Assembly: GCA_964016885.1 (NCBI GenBank)
Contig: OZ024745.1
Span: 50,220,001 to 50,284,000 of the forward strand
Source: Eledone cirrhosa
Taxonomy: Eukaryota
Direction of reading: 5' to 3'
Length of the DNA: 64,000 nucleotides
Position 1 is the stretch's first letter; each line of letters starts with the position of its first letter. The notes below the pieces were generated by a model. The model had not been told where the DNA came from, ran no database searches, and saw only the letters and a program-made list of their open reading frames with translations. Of the stretch, positions 1 to 12,324 are shown piece by piece. A program made the position numbers and the translations under genes.

Positions 1-129
1 ATTGATTCGATGCGATTTTTAATGTTGATTTTGGAAGAGTCAATGATTTCACAACCACACTTTTCTCTTGCTTTCGCACTCTTTGTATAACCTTCAGCTT
101 GGTATCTAATGTTATTGGTTTGTATTTAC

Positions 130-570
130 GTAACATAGTTGAACATTCGTTATGGAATGCAACAGAACAAGTATGGGTATCTCCTACATGGATCACACAA
201 GCAACAAAAACATTTGCATGGTAATCAGGCAACATTACGGCTACTATGAAGACCTGCTAACCATTATAAAATCAATCAGCCATCATGTGGGGAACTGCGA
301 AAATGTGCTAACCACTGTAAAGAAAACAAAAATGAGATGGTACGAACACGTGACAATAACTAATGAATTAGCCAAGACCATCCTCCATGGAATATTCCAA
401 GGGAAAAGAAAGCAAGAATATCTGAAGAAAAAATATGCATATAACATCACGGAACGGATGGGTAATGACTTCGCGAAAGCCAAGTCCTAGCTCGCAACAG
501 AGATGGTTGAAGGGGGTTGGTATACTATTCCACACTGCAACAACCCACGCGACACTAAAAGTAAAAACCT
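130..570 (+). mobile_element. RTE-clade LINE, 3' fragment (decayed)
   Basis: ORF 152-490 has RTE C-terminal features (KTKMRWYEHV, LAKTILHG, GKRK); the tail-like motif ACACTAAAAGTAAA is repeated near 745. Confidence 0.55.
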
Positions 571-799
571 CGCGACCACCTGAGGCCTGGTTCCCAACAA
601 AGCTGGATGGAGGCTGGTGGTACAGTCTTACACCCTATAGCACCCCCTTATCCAGGAGGTAACGACTTCTTCGCGATTACCAACGTTCTGCCCCGCGGCA
701 TAAATTGCATAAAGGGATGCCAATTCATCTTGCAACACCCCTACAACACTAAAAGTAAAGACTTTCTTCGCACAACCTAAGTACATATAGGGAGGGGGA

Positions 800-930
800 G
801 AGTTTGGTGTTAATTGATATAGAGAGGGGGTTTGGAAGAGAGTTCTGTGTAGTAGATATAGAGAGGGTGATAGTTTGGTATTAATTGATATAGAGAGGGG
901 TATTGGAGGAGAGTTCCGTGTAGTAGATAT
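800..930. repeat. 71-bp minisatellite, left part (split by Tx1 insertion)
   Basis: About 2 units of GATATAGAGAGGGTGATAGTTTGGTATTAATT...GTGTAGTA; the same unit resumes at ~6678. Confidence 0.85.
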
Positions 931-1172
931 ATATTTCTATTTATTTGCCACCAGGGCATCAAAGATTGGGACAAATACAAAGGGGGGAGTTTACATACAT
1001 TTAAAAAGACGTGTAAAAAACATATAACAAATTAAATTTAACAATCGATGTCCTCAATAGGGAGGAGCGTTGACATGGGTCGCACACACCCCCGAAAAAA
1101 TGTGCAACCCTCCTCTTCAGGAGCACAAAGAGCGGGTGCTTCCTTCCTCTCCCCATTCTTCTCCTCTCTCAC

Positions 1173-4100
1173 CTACAGGCTGATATAGAGAGAAGGCCCA
1201 TTCACTCGGGCCATTCTCGCTACTTTCACCCATCTTTCATAAAACTTGCTGGGGTAGAGCACCTCTCTCTCCATTCTGATCCTTCTTCTAAAGTGGTACT
1301 TGAAAAAAAAGACCAGTTGTTGGCCGGAGAGAAAGGTGTCTGACCTCAACCCTTTCAACCTTGTCCACCATACAACTTCTTTCGCCATGGCTATCACACA
1401 GAGGAAAACCGCCTCTCCTTCGTTTTTGAAAGGGGGAGGCGGTTTGATTGTGACAATGTTCTCGGTGGTCAACCGGATTGGTCCCACCCGCGACAGTAGT
1501 CGTTCTACATAGCCCCACAGGTCAGCAACGCCCGGGCAGTGTACGAATGCGTGTGCGACGGTTTCCTCGTCACGCACGCATCTTGGACAGATCTTCTTCG
1601 AGGGGTCCCTACCCTGGCGCCCGTGTCTGTAGAGCTTGTCCCGAACGGGTAGAGCTCCTCGGTAACATTGCCAAGCCGGGGTCTTTTGGAAGTTGTCCAT
1701 CGGTCCCGGGCCAAACGTCCTACCGAACAGACTGGCCAGCTCGTCTTCCTCCATGCCCAGAGCCTGTCCGAGAGCGTCGTCGCACTTACTGCGCACCAAC
1801 CCTCTATAGAATGTTGAGGTTGAGTCTCCACTGATTGCCGGATCCGCTTGCCAGAGGGCCGTGAGCGCCTGGGCACATTCAATGTGCCAGTCGCCCACTT
1901 TTCTCGGTCTTTGCTTGATCCAGGATTGCAGCTCGGTGAGTGAGACGAGTCTCGGAAAGGCTCGCCTCACAAACAGGGCCCACACCGGCTGACCGGTGAG
2001 GAATACCTGGAGGTGCCGTAGCCTTAATGCGTGTCTACGCATCGTCAGCCACGGCATCCCCAGCCCTCCGTTCGAAGGGTGTTGACAGCAGATGGATCTT
2101 CTCACCAAAGGAGCCCGCTTCTTCCAAAGAAATCGGAAGAGCGCGCGCTCCATTTTGGCGAGTGTTTTCTCTGGGCAAGGCACGACGGTCAAGCGGTAGT
2201 AGATGACGGACGCTATATAAGCGTTAGCCACCTCCACTCGACCTTTCAGGGATAGTTTGCACTCGGCCCACTTCTGGGCGAGTGCAAACACCTTACCCGT
2301 TACCTCGTCCCAGTTTTTCTCCACCTGGAGGTCCGTTCCGAACCAGACCCCGAGCAGCTTCACCGGTCCCTCCGTCCAGCGTCCGACGATGCCGCCGGAG
2401 GGCATCGTTTTGCCCCTCCACGTACCGAGTTGCAAACCGACGGACTTGTCCCGGTTCAGCTTGGCTCCTGTGAACCTTTCATATTCCTCCAGTAAGGTGC
2501 CGATCTGCCCGATTTCCGAGGCGCACGACACCATTACTGTCACGTCATCGGCGTAGGCCGACACCGCTTTCCGCAATCCCGTTTCCAAGGGGATACCCTG
2601 CAACAGCTCCAGCTTCCGCAGTAGTGGCTCGAGAGCCAGCACATACAGGAGGGAGGAGAGAGGGCATCCCTGTCGGATGGATCGCGTGATTTGGAACGGC
2701 TCCGAGAGGTAGCCGTTCACCTTGACCCTCGAGCAGGTGTTGCTGCTGTGCATTGCAGCAATCCAGCCCCTGAAAACGGGTCCGAAGCCTGCCGCCGCGA
2801 GCACCGCATCCAGGTACCGATGGTCAACCCTATCGAACGCCTTAGATGGATCCAAGTTGATCAGGGCCCCACCAAAGCCGGGTTCGTTTCCTACCCTCTC
2901 TACGATGTATCGCATGAGGTGGAGGTTGTCGTGTATGGACCTGGACGGGATTGCGCATGTCTGCGCTTCTCCCACCAGGTTCCCGACGACAAGCGCCAAC
3001 CTCTTCGCTAACACCTTGGCCAAAATCTTTAACTCTGTGTTTAGCAGAGTTATGGGCCTGAAGTTATCTGTCATCCCCCTTGTTCTCGTCCTTCCTCACC
3101 AGCGTGACTACGCCCTTGGTCACAGAACTGGGAATTCTCCCGTTCTGTTGCCAGTTGCAGTAAACCGCCTCGAGGAGACCGGAGAACAAGCCCGGCATCG
3201 CTACATAAAGTTCGTATGGTTGACCATCGAGACCTGGAGATTTGCGTTTGCCGCATTGGCTCAGCGCTTCCCCTATTTCAGCGGCTGAAATCGGCCTCTC
3301 GCAGGACTTCGCCTCCCCGTCCGAGAGCCGCGCCAGACCGTGGAGGTATGGACCGAAATCCATGGCCCCACCGGCCTGCCGCCCCTCCCGAACAGTCGTA
3401 CAAAGCGCCGTTGAAAGACCGCGCTCATCCGCTCAGGTTCAAGGATCACGCGTCCATCCTGGTCCTTCAAAGACCGAATCGTGGCCTTGTTTCCACTTTT
3501 TGCCTCTGTCACTCGGGCTCAGCTAACAGCTTTGGCTCCCTCGTTACCCAGAGTACGTATTTTACTCCTGACAACGCAGCCCTCGTGCTTCGCATCGAAG
3601 AACTGGTCTAGGGCCGTTCTTGACGCCAGCACGCCGGCCACATTGCCACTCCTAATCGCCTCTTCTACTCTATTTGTTAATTCCCTTTCAGTTCTATTCC
3701 TATCTGATGCTAATTCCCGACTAATCCCTATCGATTCTATTCTAATTTCTCTCTTGAGAGAGCCCACCACCTGCTGTTGACAATTGCCGCCGTCAAACAC
3801 TGCTTAACTAGTGTGCTAATCCGCTTACTGTAAGCTTTGTTTGTTGGTAAAGACAAGTTTAGCTTCCAGTAACCGGTTCCCTGTCTATGAGTTATATCAG
3901 GGTTGACCACTCCGGTCACCAAATTGTGATCCGAATAGTCAACCAGGAACATTTGTGGACAGCTTAATATGTCCCTATCCTTATTTCTAACTAGGAACCT
4001 ATCTAGGTACGGCCTAGATGTTCCGCTGCGATTAGTCCACGTCCACAGTGGCACAGTCGGAAAATCTAGTCGATATCTATCGGCCAGATCAAATCGGCCG

Positions 4101-4606
4101 ATTAATCGTTTGAGGCTAATACACACCCCTCTATCGGGACATGCCCCTACATAGTCCCAACGTGCATCTAGGATACCATTCCAGTCCCCCACTAAAAGCA
4201 AGGAGCGAGACGTTCCCAGGAAATTCTCCAGGCGTCGGAAGAAGTCCGGTCGCGGTGTCCCAGATGGAGCATACGCTGCCACCAGTCTGAAAGCTCCACC
4301 TTCACCACTGCCGACGTCTAAAACCACCAGTCGACCCTCCGGGTCCAGGTGTACCTTCTGTGTGGCAAGACCCAGGTATTTTCGCAGCAGAACGACAACC
4401 CCACCCCCACCCCTCGGCTGACAGAGAGATGCGTAGATCTCAAAGTCGTCGAAGATGGGGGCCAGTTGGCGCTCGCTGCTGATCCTGGACTCGCAAATAA
4501 CCATTACATCCACTCTGTGCGACCTGAGGTCATTTAAGAGTTTGCCCTGTTTCCAGGACATCCCCAGGCCGCGTGCATTCACACATCCAACTCTTATATT
4601 GGCCAT
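1173..4606 (-). pseudogene. Tx1 ORF2 (APE endonuclease + reverse transcriptase + C-terminal Zn finger)
   Basis: MANIRVGCVNARGL, GDWN, YLDRF, SDH (APE); KSPGLDG, FRPITLLN, KAFDRV, RQGCPLS, YADD (RT); CPRC-x8-H-x4-C. Split over five ORFs by 3 frameshifts and 1 in-frame stop. Confidence 0.93.
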
Positions 4607-4648
4607 GTTAGTGCTGAAGAGTTAAAAAGGAAGAGGAAAGGAAATTAC

Positions 4649-6473
4649 TCACCTCTTCGTCTCCTGGGGACCAGGCTGCACAATTTCCGTGGGGGTGTTG
4701 GAAGGGTTGTTTGGTAGGGTGGTGGTTTGTGGTGGGGTGAGGACATCAGTGTGTGGTGGGATTAGGGTGTTTGGTGGGGTGTGGGTGTCTGATGTGGGGG
4801 TGGGGAAACATCTCAATAGGACGCTGTTAAGTGGTTTGGTGTAGTTGGTCCCCACATGCATTGGATGGTTCTTTTTCAAAGTTACATAGGTTTCCGTTGG
4901 GACCCTAATCATCATTAGGTGCGGTTTGTTCGGTGCGTAGGTGAAAGTGATCCCTTCGGTTTCCACCGAAGGGTTATTTTCTATCGCTTTCATCGAAGTT
5001 TTATTGTTCTTGTTAATGTATGTATAGAGTTTTTGTTGTGTTGTGTTTGCTTTTGTTTGTTGTTCTTGTGCGTGTTTGCGTTTTGTAGTATGTGTTATGT
5101 TTTGGGGAGGGGTGGGTTTTTTGTTTGTGATGTTTGTTCTGTTTGTGCTGGTGGTTGTGTGTTTGTAGCATTTTTGTTAATGTGGTGCCTTTTTTTTTCC
5201 TTTTCACCTGTTGAAAGGGTTCTTCTCCCTCGTCGTCACTGGATGACGTTGATACGGAGTCCTCTTCTGTGTTGTTGGGGACGGGTATATTTTGGGGTTT
5301 CGTTGTGGTTGCTTTTGTATTTGTTTTAGGTGGGGATGGGTTGGGTGGAACAGTGTTTTGTGTTGTTATTTTTCCGCGTTGTTGTGGTTGTTGTTGTTGT
5401 TGTGGTGGTGGTGGTGGTGGTGGTGGTGGTTGTGTTGTTGTGTTCGGGGTTGGCAGAAGAGCCTTTTTTTTTTTTTACACGTTAATTGAGGACAGGCAGC
5501 CCTCAGGTGACCCCTGCTTAAGCAGTGGTAACATGACGGCCGCCTTATCTCCACTGAAATGTTTATATAAGTTAGCCCGTCCAGAGGCACGCATTGTGGG
5601 ATATTCGCTATTCGTTCTGGGCTCATTTGCACCAGAACTTCTACGCTGGTCCCACCAAATACACCTCCGGAGGACTTTCCTATTGAAATGATCTTGTCTT
5701 CATCAAAGTCAATGATTCCACATAGTATCCACCAAATATTTACATTTGGTCTGATACTCATTATTTTTATTCTTTGTGTCCCTTTTCCCCTGTATGTGCG
5801 GGAAAAGGTGAAGCAGGGGGACACAATGGGTGATACCGAGTACTTTTGTGCTGTTGACTGGTTGTTCATTAGCACCGAAATGCTACCAAACAGTTTACCT
5901 TTTTGTATGAAGGTTATGTCCTTTATTGCATCTTTTAGAACCAGCTCAATTTCATTTTGTGATAATTGAGCTGGTTTTCTTGTTTCGTTCGATATTGTCC
6001 TGAAAACTGTGGTTTTCAGGACAGCCTCTCTACGTAATTCCTGTGGAGAATTGATGCTAAAAGTACCGTTTTCGCCAAAAGTCACGAATTGTTTTGCGTC
6101 TTGTAATAGTTGTTTAGCATTTGTTATGTCTATTGGCGTGTATAGTTCGTTTTTTTTTTACAGTCTGTGCGAACGTCGTTTTGGTGTTGTTGTCTTTTTT
6201 GTTGCTGCTGTTCTTGTCACTGTTGGTAATATTGTTCATGTTTTCCTTGGTGTTGCTATTGTTGCAGTTGTTGGTTGTGGTGTTATTGTCATTGTTCTTG
6301 TTGTTGGTGCTGGTATTATTTACCGGGTTTGGTTTCGTGGTTTCAATATTTTCAACGTTTTTCGATAATGCGAGGGGGGAAGGCTGCAAGCTTTGTACTC
6401 CTACCTTCCCTCCACCACTTTTCTTAGTGGGCGTGGCACTCACGACAGTGTGCGAGGTGGAAATGGCATCCAT
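4649..6473 (-). pseudogene. Tx1 ORF1 (gag-like, zinc knuckle), disrupted
   Basis: CYHCLSRGHLRAAC (CX2CX4HX4C) in ORF 5366-6085, Asn/Thr-rich N-terminal part at 6114-6473, directly upstream of ORF2. Confidence 0.8.
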
Positions 6474-6677
6474 TGCTGACTACCAAGTCTACACAGCTTT
6501 GAGATGAAAATGAAAATTTCGCCCCAGAAAGGGGCGAAAATTAGTTGACTCAACGTCTGACGGCCCAGGCAAGGGGTTAAACTAAACAATGCTATTAAAT
6601 TGATCAATAAACTCACAGTTTTTTTGACAATAATCCGTAAAAATCCGGAGCGAAGTAATTCACGTCTATATCAAGTG

Positions 6678-7070
6678 GTAATTGATATAGAGAGGGGGTT
6701 TGGAGGAGAGTTTTGTGTAGTAGATATAGAGAGGGTGATAGTTTGGTATTAATTGATATAGAGAGGGGTATTGGAGGAGAGTTCCGTGTAGTAGATATAG
6801 AGAGGGTGGTAGTTTGGTATTAATTGATATAGAGAAGGGTATTGGAGGAGAGTTCCGTGTAGTAGATATAGAGAGGGTGGTAGTTTGGTATTAATTGATA
6901 TAGAGAAGGGTATTGGAGGAGAGTTCCGTGTAGTAGATATAGAGAGGGTGATAGTTTGGTATTAATTGATAAAGAGAGGTGGTTTGGAAGAGAGTTCTGT
7001 GTAGTAGATATAGAGGGTGATAGTTTGGTATTAATTGATATATATATTGGAGGAGAGTTCCGTGTAGTAG
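6678..7070. repeat. 71-bp minisatellite, right part (~5.5 units)
   Basis: GTTCCGTGTA recurs at 6781 and 6852 (period 71). Confidence 0.9.
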
Positions 7071-7508
7071 TGCGTATTTTGGTAGTTTCTCCCCAAACTA
7101 CCAAAACTTTCAACTATTTGGATATCGTTACAATTTATGTAAATGTTATGTTTACCGCATGTCGAAGTTTTCTTGTCATTTTCGAGTGCCAAGAACTAAA
7201 CTAATTACCACAACTAAATTGACCAAATTTTACCCAACCCTTAATTCAGAAATGTTTCCACTGCCCGTGGATAGGGTGTGGTAAAATACTAAGTGGACCA
7301 TAACCCTCCAGAGTACTCGATACTTGGGGTAGTAGAGTGGCTAATATGAAGAGATTCAGGACCCCGACGGCTGAGCTTTTCATATATATATATATATAGT
7401 AATAATGATAAATTTGAAGACTAAAATCGAAAGAGGGCTCGATAAGGATAAATATATATAAAAAATATAAGAACCGTAGAGCAAATATTTATTAAAATAA
7501 CAGATTAA

Positions 7509-7559
7509 AGTTTAAGCAAAGAATCGCTGCTTTCACCCTTAACGGGATCTTCTGAAACT
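7509..7559 (-). ncRNA. Type I hammerhead ribozyme motif (core variant CAGAAGA)
   Basis: Minus strand: AGTTT CAGAAGA T CCC GTTAA GGG T GAA AGCA..TGCT T AAACT; stems I-III pair. A 5'-truncated copy lies at 36700-36765 (+). Confidence 0.65.
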
Positions 7560-7573
7560 AAAAATATATATAT

Positions 7574-7780
7574 ATAGGAAAATGTTAGACCCCAACGGCA
7601 GAGCTCAAGCCGTTTCGACGGCTATTTCTGGACACAAATAGTCCAGAAATAGCCGTCGAAACGGCTTGAGCTCTGCCGTCGGGGGTCTAACATTTTCCTA
7701 TTACCCACTCTACTACTCTAAGTATTGAGTACTCTGGTGCGTTATGGTCCATCTGGTTCCTAACCACACCTCCTTCGTTT
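7574..7780. mobile_element. Fold-back PLE pLTR-like cassette with the 3' half of an HHR
   Basis: Arms 7574-7633 / 7641-7701 plus ~80 nt tail, flanked by (TA)n; GAAACGGC..GCCGTC^GGGG gives stem III and a GUC site. Relatives at ~7270-7380, 32331-32437, 50111-50306. Confidence 0.75.
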
Positions 7781-8079
7781 TATATATATATAAAGTGCAC
7801 ACGTGTTTGTAGAATACTTCCACCACTTAGACGTTAATTCACGAGCTGAACGTTTAGCTGATCGAATTATCGTTGAAACTGACGGAAACCCATCATTATC
7901 CCCACAAGTCAACAATAGACGCTGTTGTATCTCGGCCGGTTCCGTCGTCGAATATTCCAGTTATTTGATCAACGGAACAATCTACTCGTGAAATTAACGT
8001 ACACGTAGTAGAGCATTTCACAGACACGGGTCACCGGTAGATTCGGCGTTACAAAGCTTGCCCTTTCGTGTGCAACTCA

Positions 8080-8200
8080 TTTTGGCGAGCTGAGTGAAAA
8101 AAAGTATCTTGCTTAAGAGCAGAATACGTCACCTAGTCTAGGTATCGAACTCACGACTTTACGAATAAAAGCCAAACACACTAACTACTAAGCCACGGGT
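8080..8200 (-). mobile_element. tRNA-derived SINE 5' part (family of 62990-63250)
   Basis: Minus strand has TGGCTTAGTAGTTAG (A box) and GAGTTCGATACC (B box). Confidence 0.6.
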
Positions 8201-8444
8201 CTTCGAAATAAAGGCGACTAAAAACAAATAATTTACAGAGAATAAACATGATCTCTTATGCTCCCGTTCTGAATGTTCTGAGGATCCGCCTTGCTAACTT
8301 TCTCATTGGCTTTACTATTTTATGCAACATGAGCCAGCAAATATGTATTTAAACATTTCACTGTCCAGGGCGTATATAGCTTCCTTAGTTTGGGTGTATA
8401 AATGTTTTCAGAACTGGCGTCTGAACTGACGTCTTTAACACCAT

Positions 8445-8695
8445 ACGCTAGCTCTACAATATGTACCTTGGTATTTAGCCTCCTAGGCTATCTCTACAGT
8501 ATGTACCTGGGTAGTTAGCCCCCTAGGCTAGACATACAATGTGTGCCTGTGTATTTACCACCCTAAGCTAGCGCAAAGATGTGTGCCTTCGTATGTAGTG
8601 CCTTAGCCTAGCTCTACAATCTGTACCTGTGTATTTAGCTCTACAATGTGTGCCTGGATACCCAAGGCTCTAGGCTAGCTCTACAATGTGCGCTC
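8445..8695. repeat. Degenerate ~40-bp tandem repeat
   Basis: Recurring GCTAGCTCTACAAT..TGTACCT..GTATTTAGC units, about 6 copies. Confidence 0.7.
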
Positions 8696-9519
8696 TATTT
8701 TCCTAAATAAAATCATATAAACTTATAGTTTGGTAAGCTAACAAACATAATTTTTGACGCGTGTTGCTCTGACTATACAAAGAAAATTACTAAGCTTGTA
8801 TTTTCCACTACACACTCTAAATCATGTGACAGGGACATAACACTATGCGACCCTCTCCACCGCTTTATATATTTCCATATCATTGCTTAGCAGCTAAGAT
8901 GGACACCGGTTTATTTATTGATCGCAGGAAATTATTACATATTTATATATTAATTATAGAAATTTATATAAAAATGTGATCCTTTAAGGTTCAGTAATGA
9001 GCTTCTCTGAGGTCCTTGTCCTACGTGGAAATTTAGTTTACCATCATGGCAGCATCGGCCATGTATAAAATTGTGGTCCTTTAAGGTTCAGTAATGCACC
9101 TCGTAGAGGTCTACGCCCTAGACGGCTGCCTATTTGGCCTTAATGATAGCACCGTATCTGTATAAAACTATTCCTTTAAGATTCTATAATGCGCCTCTCT
9201 GATGTCTGTGCCCTAGATGACTCCCTAGTTGGCCTTAATAGTAACCCCAGAACTAATTATGATATAGATTTTAGGTAACATGAACCAGTAACGTTGTCTC
9301 ACTCTTCATTACATGCACCAGATCTTACACAGCTTCTGACAAAGTTATTACAAGTTCTCCCTGTCCCTTGTGTATGTGTCTGTGTTTTACTGTGTGGGAG
9401 AGTTGATAGTAGTAAAATGTTTCAAACTTTCCAGCATTAAATTACATGCTGCTTGTCTTCAGCCCGCCTCTATATGGGTATTAAGGATGGTCCTTCTCTT
9501 GTAACTTCTGTTGTGTATG

Positions 9520-9590
<71 letters not shown>

Positions 9591-9618
9591 ATGTGTGTGT
9601 AATAATAATAATAATAAT

Positions 9619-9805
9619 TGTTTCTACTTTTGGCACAAGGCCAGCAAATACCCAGTGTATTACTGGTACTTTATTTTATCGACCCCGTAAGGATGAAAGG
9701 CAAAGTTAACCTCGGCGGGATTTGAACTCAGAATGACAAGGGCCGTAACTCTATGCGTCAAAGCATGGCGTCCGACCCTCTACCTATACTGCCAATCCAC
9801 CGCCC
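9619..9805 (-). mobile_element. tRNA-derived SINE with Meta-like central domain, in (AAT)n
   Basis: A box TGGCAGTATAGG, B box GTTCAAATCC, core GCCTTTCATCCTTACGGGGTCGATAAAATAAAGTACCAG, tail GAAACA(ATT)n. Confidence 0.85.
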
Positions 9806-9845
<40 letters not shown>

Positions 9846-9847
<2 letters not shown>

Positions 9848-11200
9848 TTTTCTTTATTCACCACAAGGGTTAATATATAAAAAAACATTATGACGGCACA
9901 GGTCGAAAACATAGAGCGTGTGTATGTGTGTGTACGTTTGTGTGTGGGTTTTGCGTGTAAACAGTTTCAACAATTAAAAAAAGAAAAGATAACTATGAAA
10001 TTATAACAAAGTGGATTGCTCAAAAGGGAGGTGATGTTCGAGGGTCACTTATAGAAAAAACCCATAAAACCAAGTGTGCCCTGATTTCTAGGGCAAGCGC
10101 CTTGTATCGGCTGTGTTCCTCCAATTTACAGGCTCACACTCAGGATGGGCCCATTCACTCGGACCATGCTCACTTCTCTCACCCACCTTTCAAAAAATTG
10201 CTCTGAAGTCAGCACTTCGATCTCCACCTTGATTTACCTCTTCAAGTGGAACCCGAAGAAGTTAATCAGGGCTTCGCCGAAGAGGATAGTGCTCGACTTC
10301 AGTTCTTTTAAGCGAGTCCACCATACAAAAATCTTTCGTCAAGGTGACCAGGAGACAGATAAAAACGGCCTCCCCTTCCTTATTAAAGGAAGGTGGCGGA
10401 GCAATCTTCACAATGGAGTCGGTCGATATTCGGATTCGTCCTACACGCGCCAACAGGTGTTCGACATAAACCCACAAACTAGCAATGCTCGGACACTGAA
10501 CGATTGCGTGCAGGACGGACTCCTCGCCCTGTACACATCTCGGACAGGCCCTGCTGACGGCACTTTCCATGCCTGTAGAGTTCATCCCGAACTGGCAAAG
10601 CTCCCCAATAGCACTACCAGGCTAGGGATTTATCCATGGGCCCTGAACCGAAAGTCCTCCCGAAAAAAGTGACTAGTTGATCTTTGTCGATACCGAGAAT
10701 TTCCCCCAAGAACATCGTCGCTCTCATTGGCCACTAGCTCTCTATAGAAAGCTATGCTGGAGTTTTCACCAATCATACTGCCCGATTGGCGGAGGGCTGT
10801 GAGCGCTTGAAGACATTTAGGTTTCCAAGCGCTCCTGCTCGGTCTCCGCTTGACTCAGGACTGCAAATCCGTCAAGAAGACGAGCTGAGGAAACATGCGT
10901 TTTGCGAACGGCAACCACACATGTTCACCATTCAGGAAAAGATGGAGATGTCGTAGCCTTAGTGCATGCTTGCGTATTACCAGCCATGGCATTCCCACTC
11001 CTCCACGTAGTGGGTGTTGACAGTAGATGGACCGCCTGACCATTGGAACGCGACCCTTCCACAAGAAGCGGAAGAGCAAAAGCTCCAGTGCAGTCAGACC
11101 GGGTTTGGGTCAAGGCACGATGGTCAGGTGGTAGTAGATGGCGGTTGCGATGTACTAGTTCGCCACCTCTGTTCTACCTTTCAGAGACAGCTTTCCCCCG
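9846..11200 (-). mobile_element. Tx1-clade LINE, 5'-truncated 3' fragment
   Basis: KLSLKGR, LFRFLWK, QHPLRGGVGMPW and CPRC..HAIVQC, homologous to 1173-2260; ends in (ATT)n. Confidence 0.9.
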
Positions 11201-12254
11201 TGTGGGCACACGCATCGACATGAGATTAGACGTGGGGGACTGGTAATGTATTAATAAGGTTTAATATATTGATAATCATAATACTATATAATATTGGAAC
11301 ATAATAGGGAAAAACTAATAATAATAGTAATATCATAAGGGTGATAGTATGTTAAGAGAAATATGGTGAACAGGTAGAATATGTAAGTAGAATATTATAA
11401 TCAGGTTTTACGATAATCGTAATTCGCCGTGGAAGTAGAATCGTCACATTATTGTAAGGGAGATGGAATAATAATCATACCACTGCAATGAAATACCTTA
11501 CTCACAGTCATGGTATTGCAAAGGGGTGCCATGATCAAACTATTACAATTTTATACGAAAAATGAGATACGCATAGTTTTATGAGGCAAGTGCTATGCGA
11601 AAGCTACGTTCATTCATAAGTACATACACACACGTACAGCTAACTACGTGCACATATATTTAACAAAGAGTATTTTAGTAAGAAGTAGTTATTGTTAGAT
11701 GAGGTAACAAGATTATTAGATGAAATAACAAGAATAGCGATTTACTTCATATATAAAGGTTTACTTCACTTCAGCCAAAAAGAACAATAATCAAGTTACC
11801 ACGAGTTGCGAAGGTTGAAAATGTTATTTTTTTTGTTGATGTGAAAACAGCGAGCGACGAGATAAAGTTTGTTGGTGGATGCAGTCTGTGGTAGTAGTTC
11901 TCGTCGTGAGTCTGGTTCAGTCTGCGACCAGGAGAGAGAAAGAGAGAGAGAGTAATGGTCTGTAATTGACTATAGACCACTGTGGCCTGTAGATAGCGGT
12001 GAATCCTTACATAGCTGGTCTGTATCGTAGTGCTCCGACCTCTCTGTATGTCTGTATACAGGCTTTATATACCTGTCGCTTTCTGTCTCCCACCTTAAGG
12101 GGATAGTCCACGCATGAACCTGTTCACACCAAAAGGGTGGTGACCTAGAGTTTGACCTTTAGGTGTCACCCAAGGTTCAAGGCGTGGACAAATTTCGCTA
12201 CATATATACACACACACAAACACACATACAAACACACACACACACACACACACA

Positions 12255-12322
<68 letters not shown>

Positions 12323-12324
12323 CA

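Larger units (their letters stand above)
934..6670 (-). mobile_element. Near full-length L1/Tx1-clade LINE (ORF1 + ORF2, disrupted)
   Basis: ORF1 with a CCHC knuckle, ORF2 with APE-RT-Zn domains, 3' UTR ending GTGGCAAATAAATAGAAAT-(AT)n. Confidence 0.93.
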
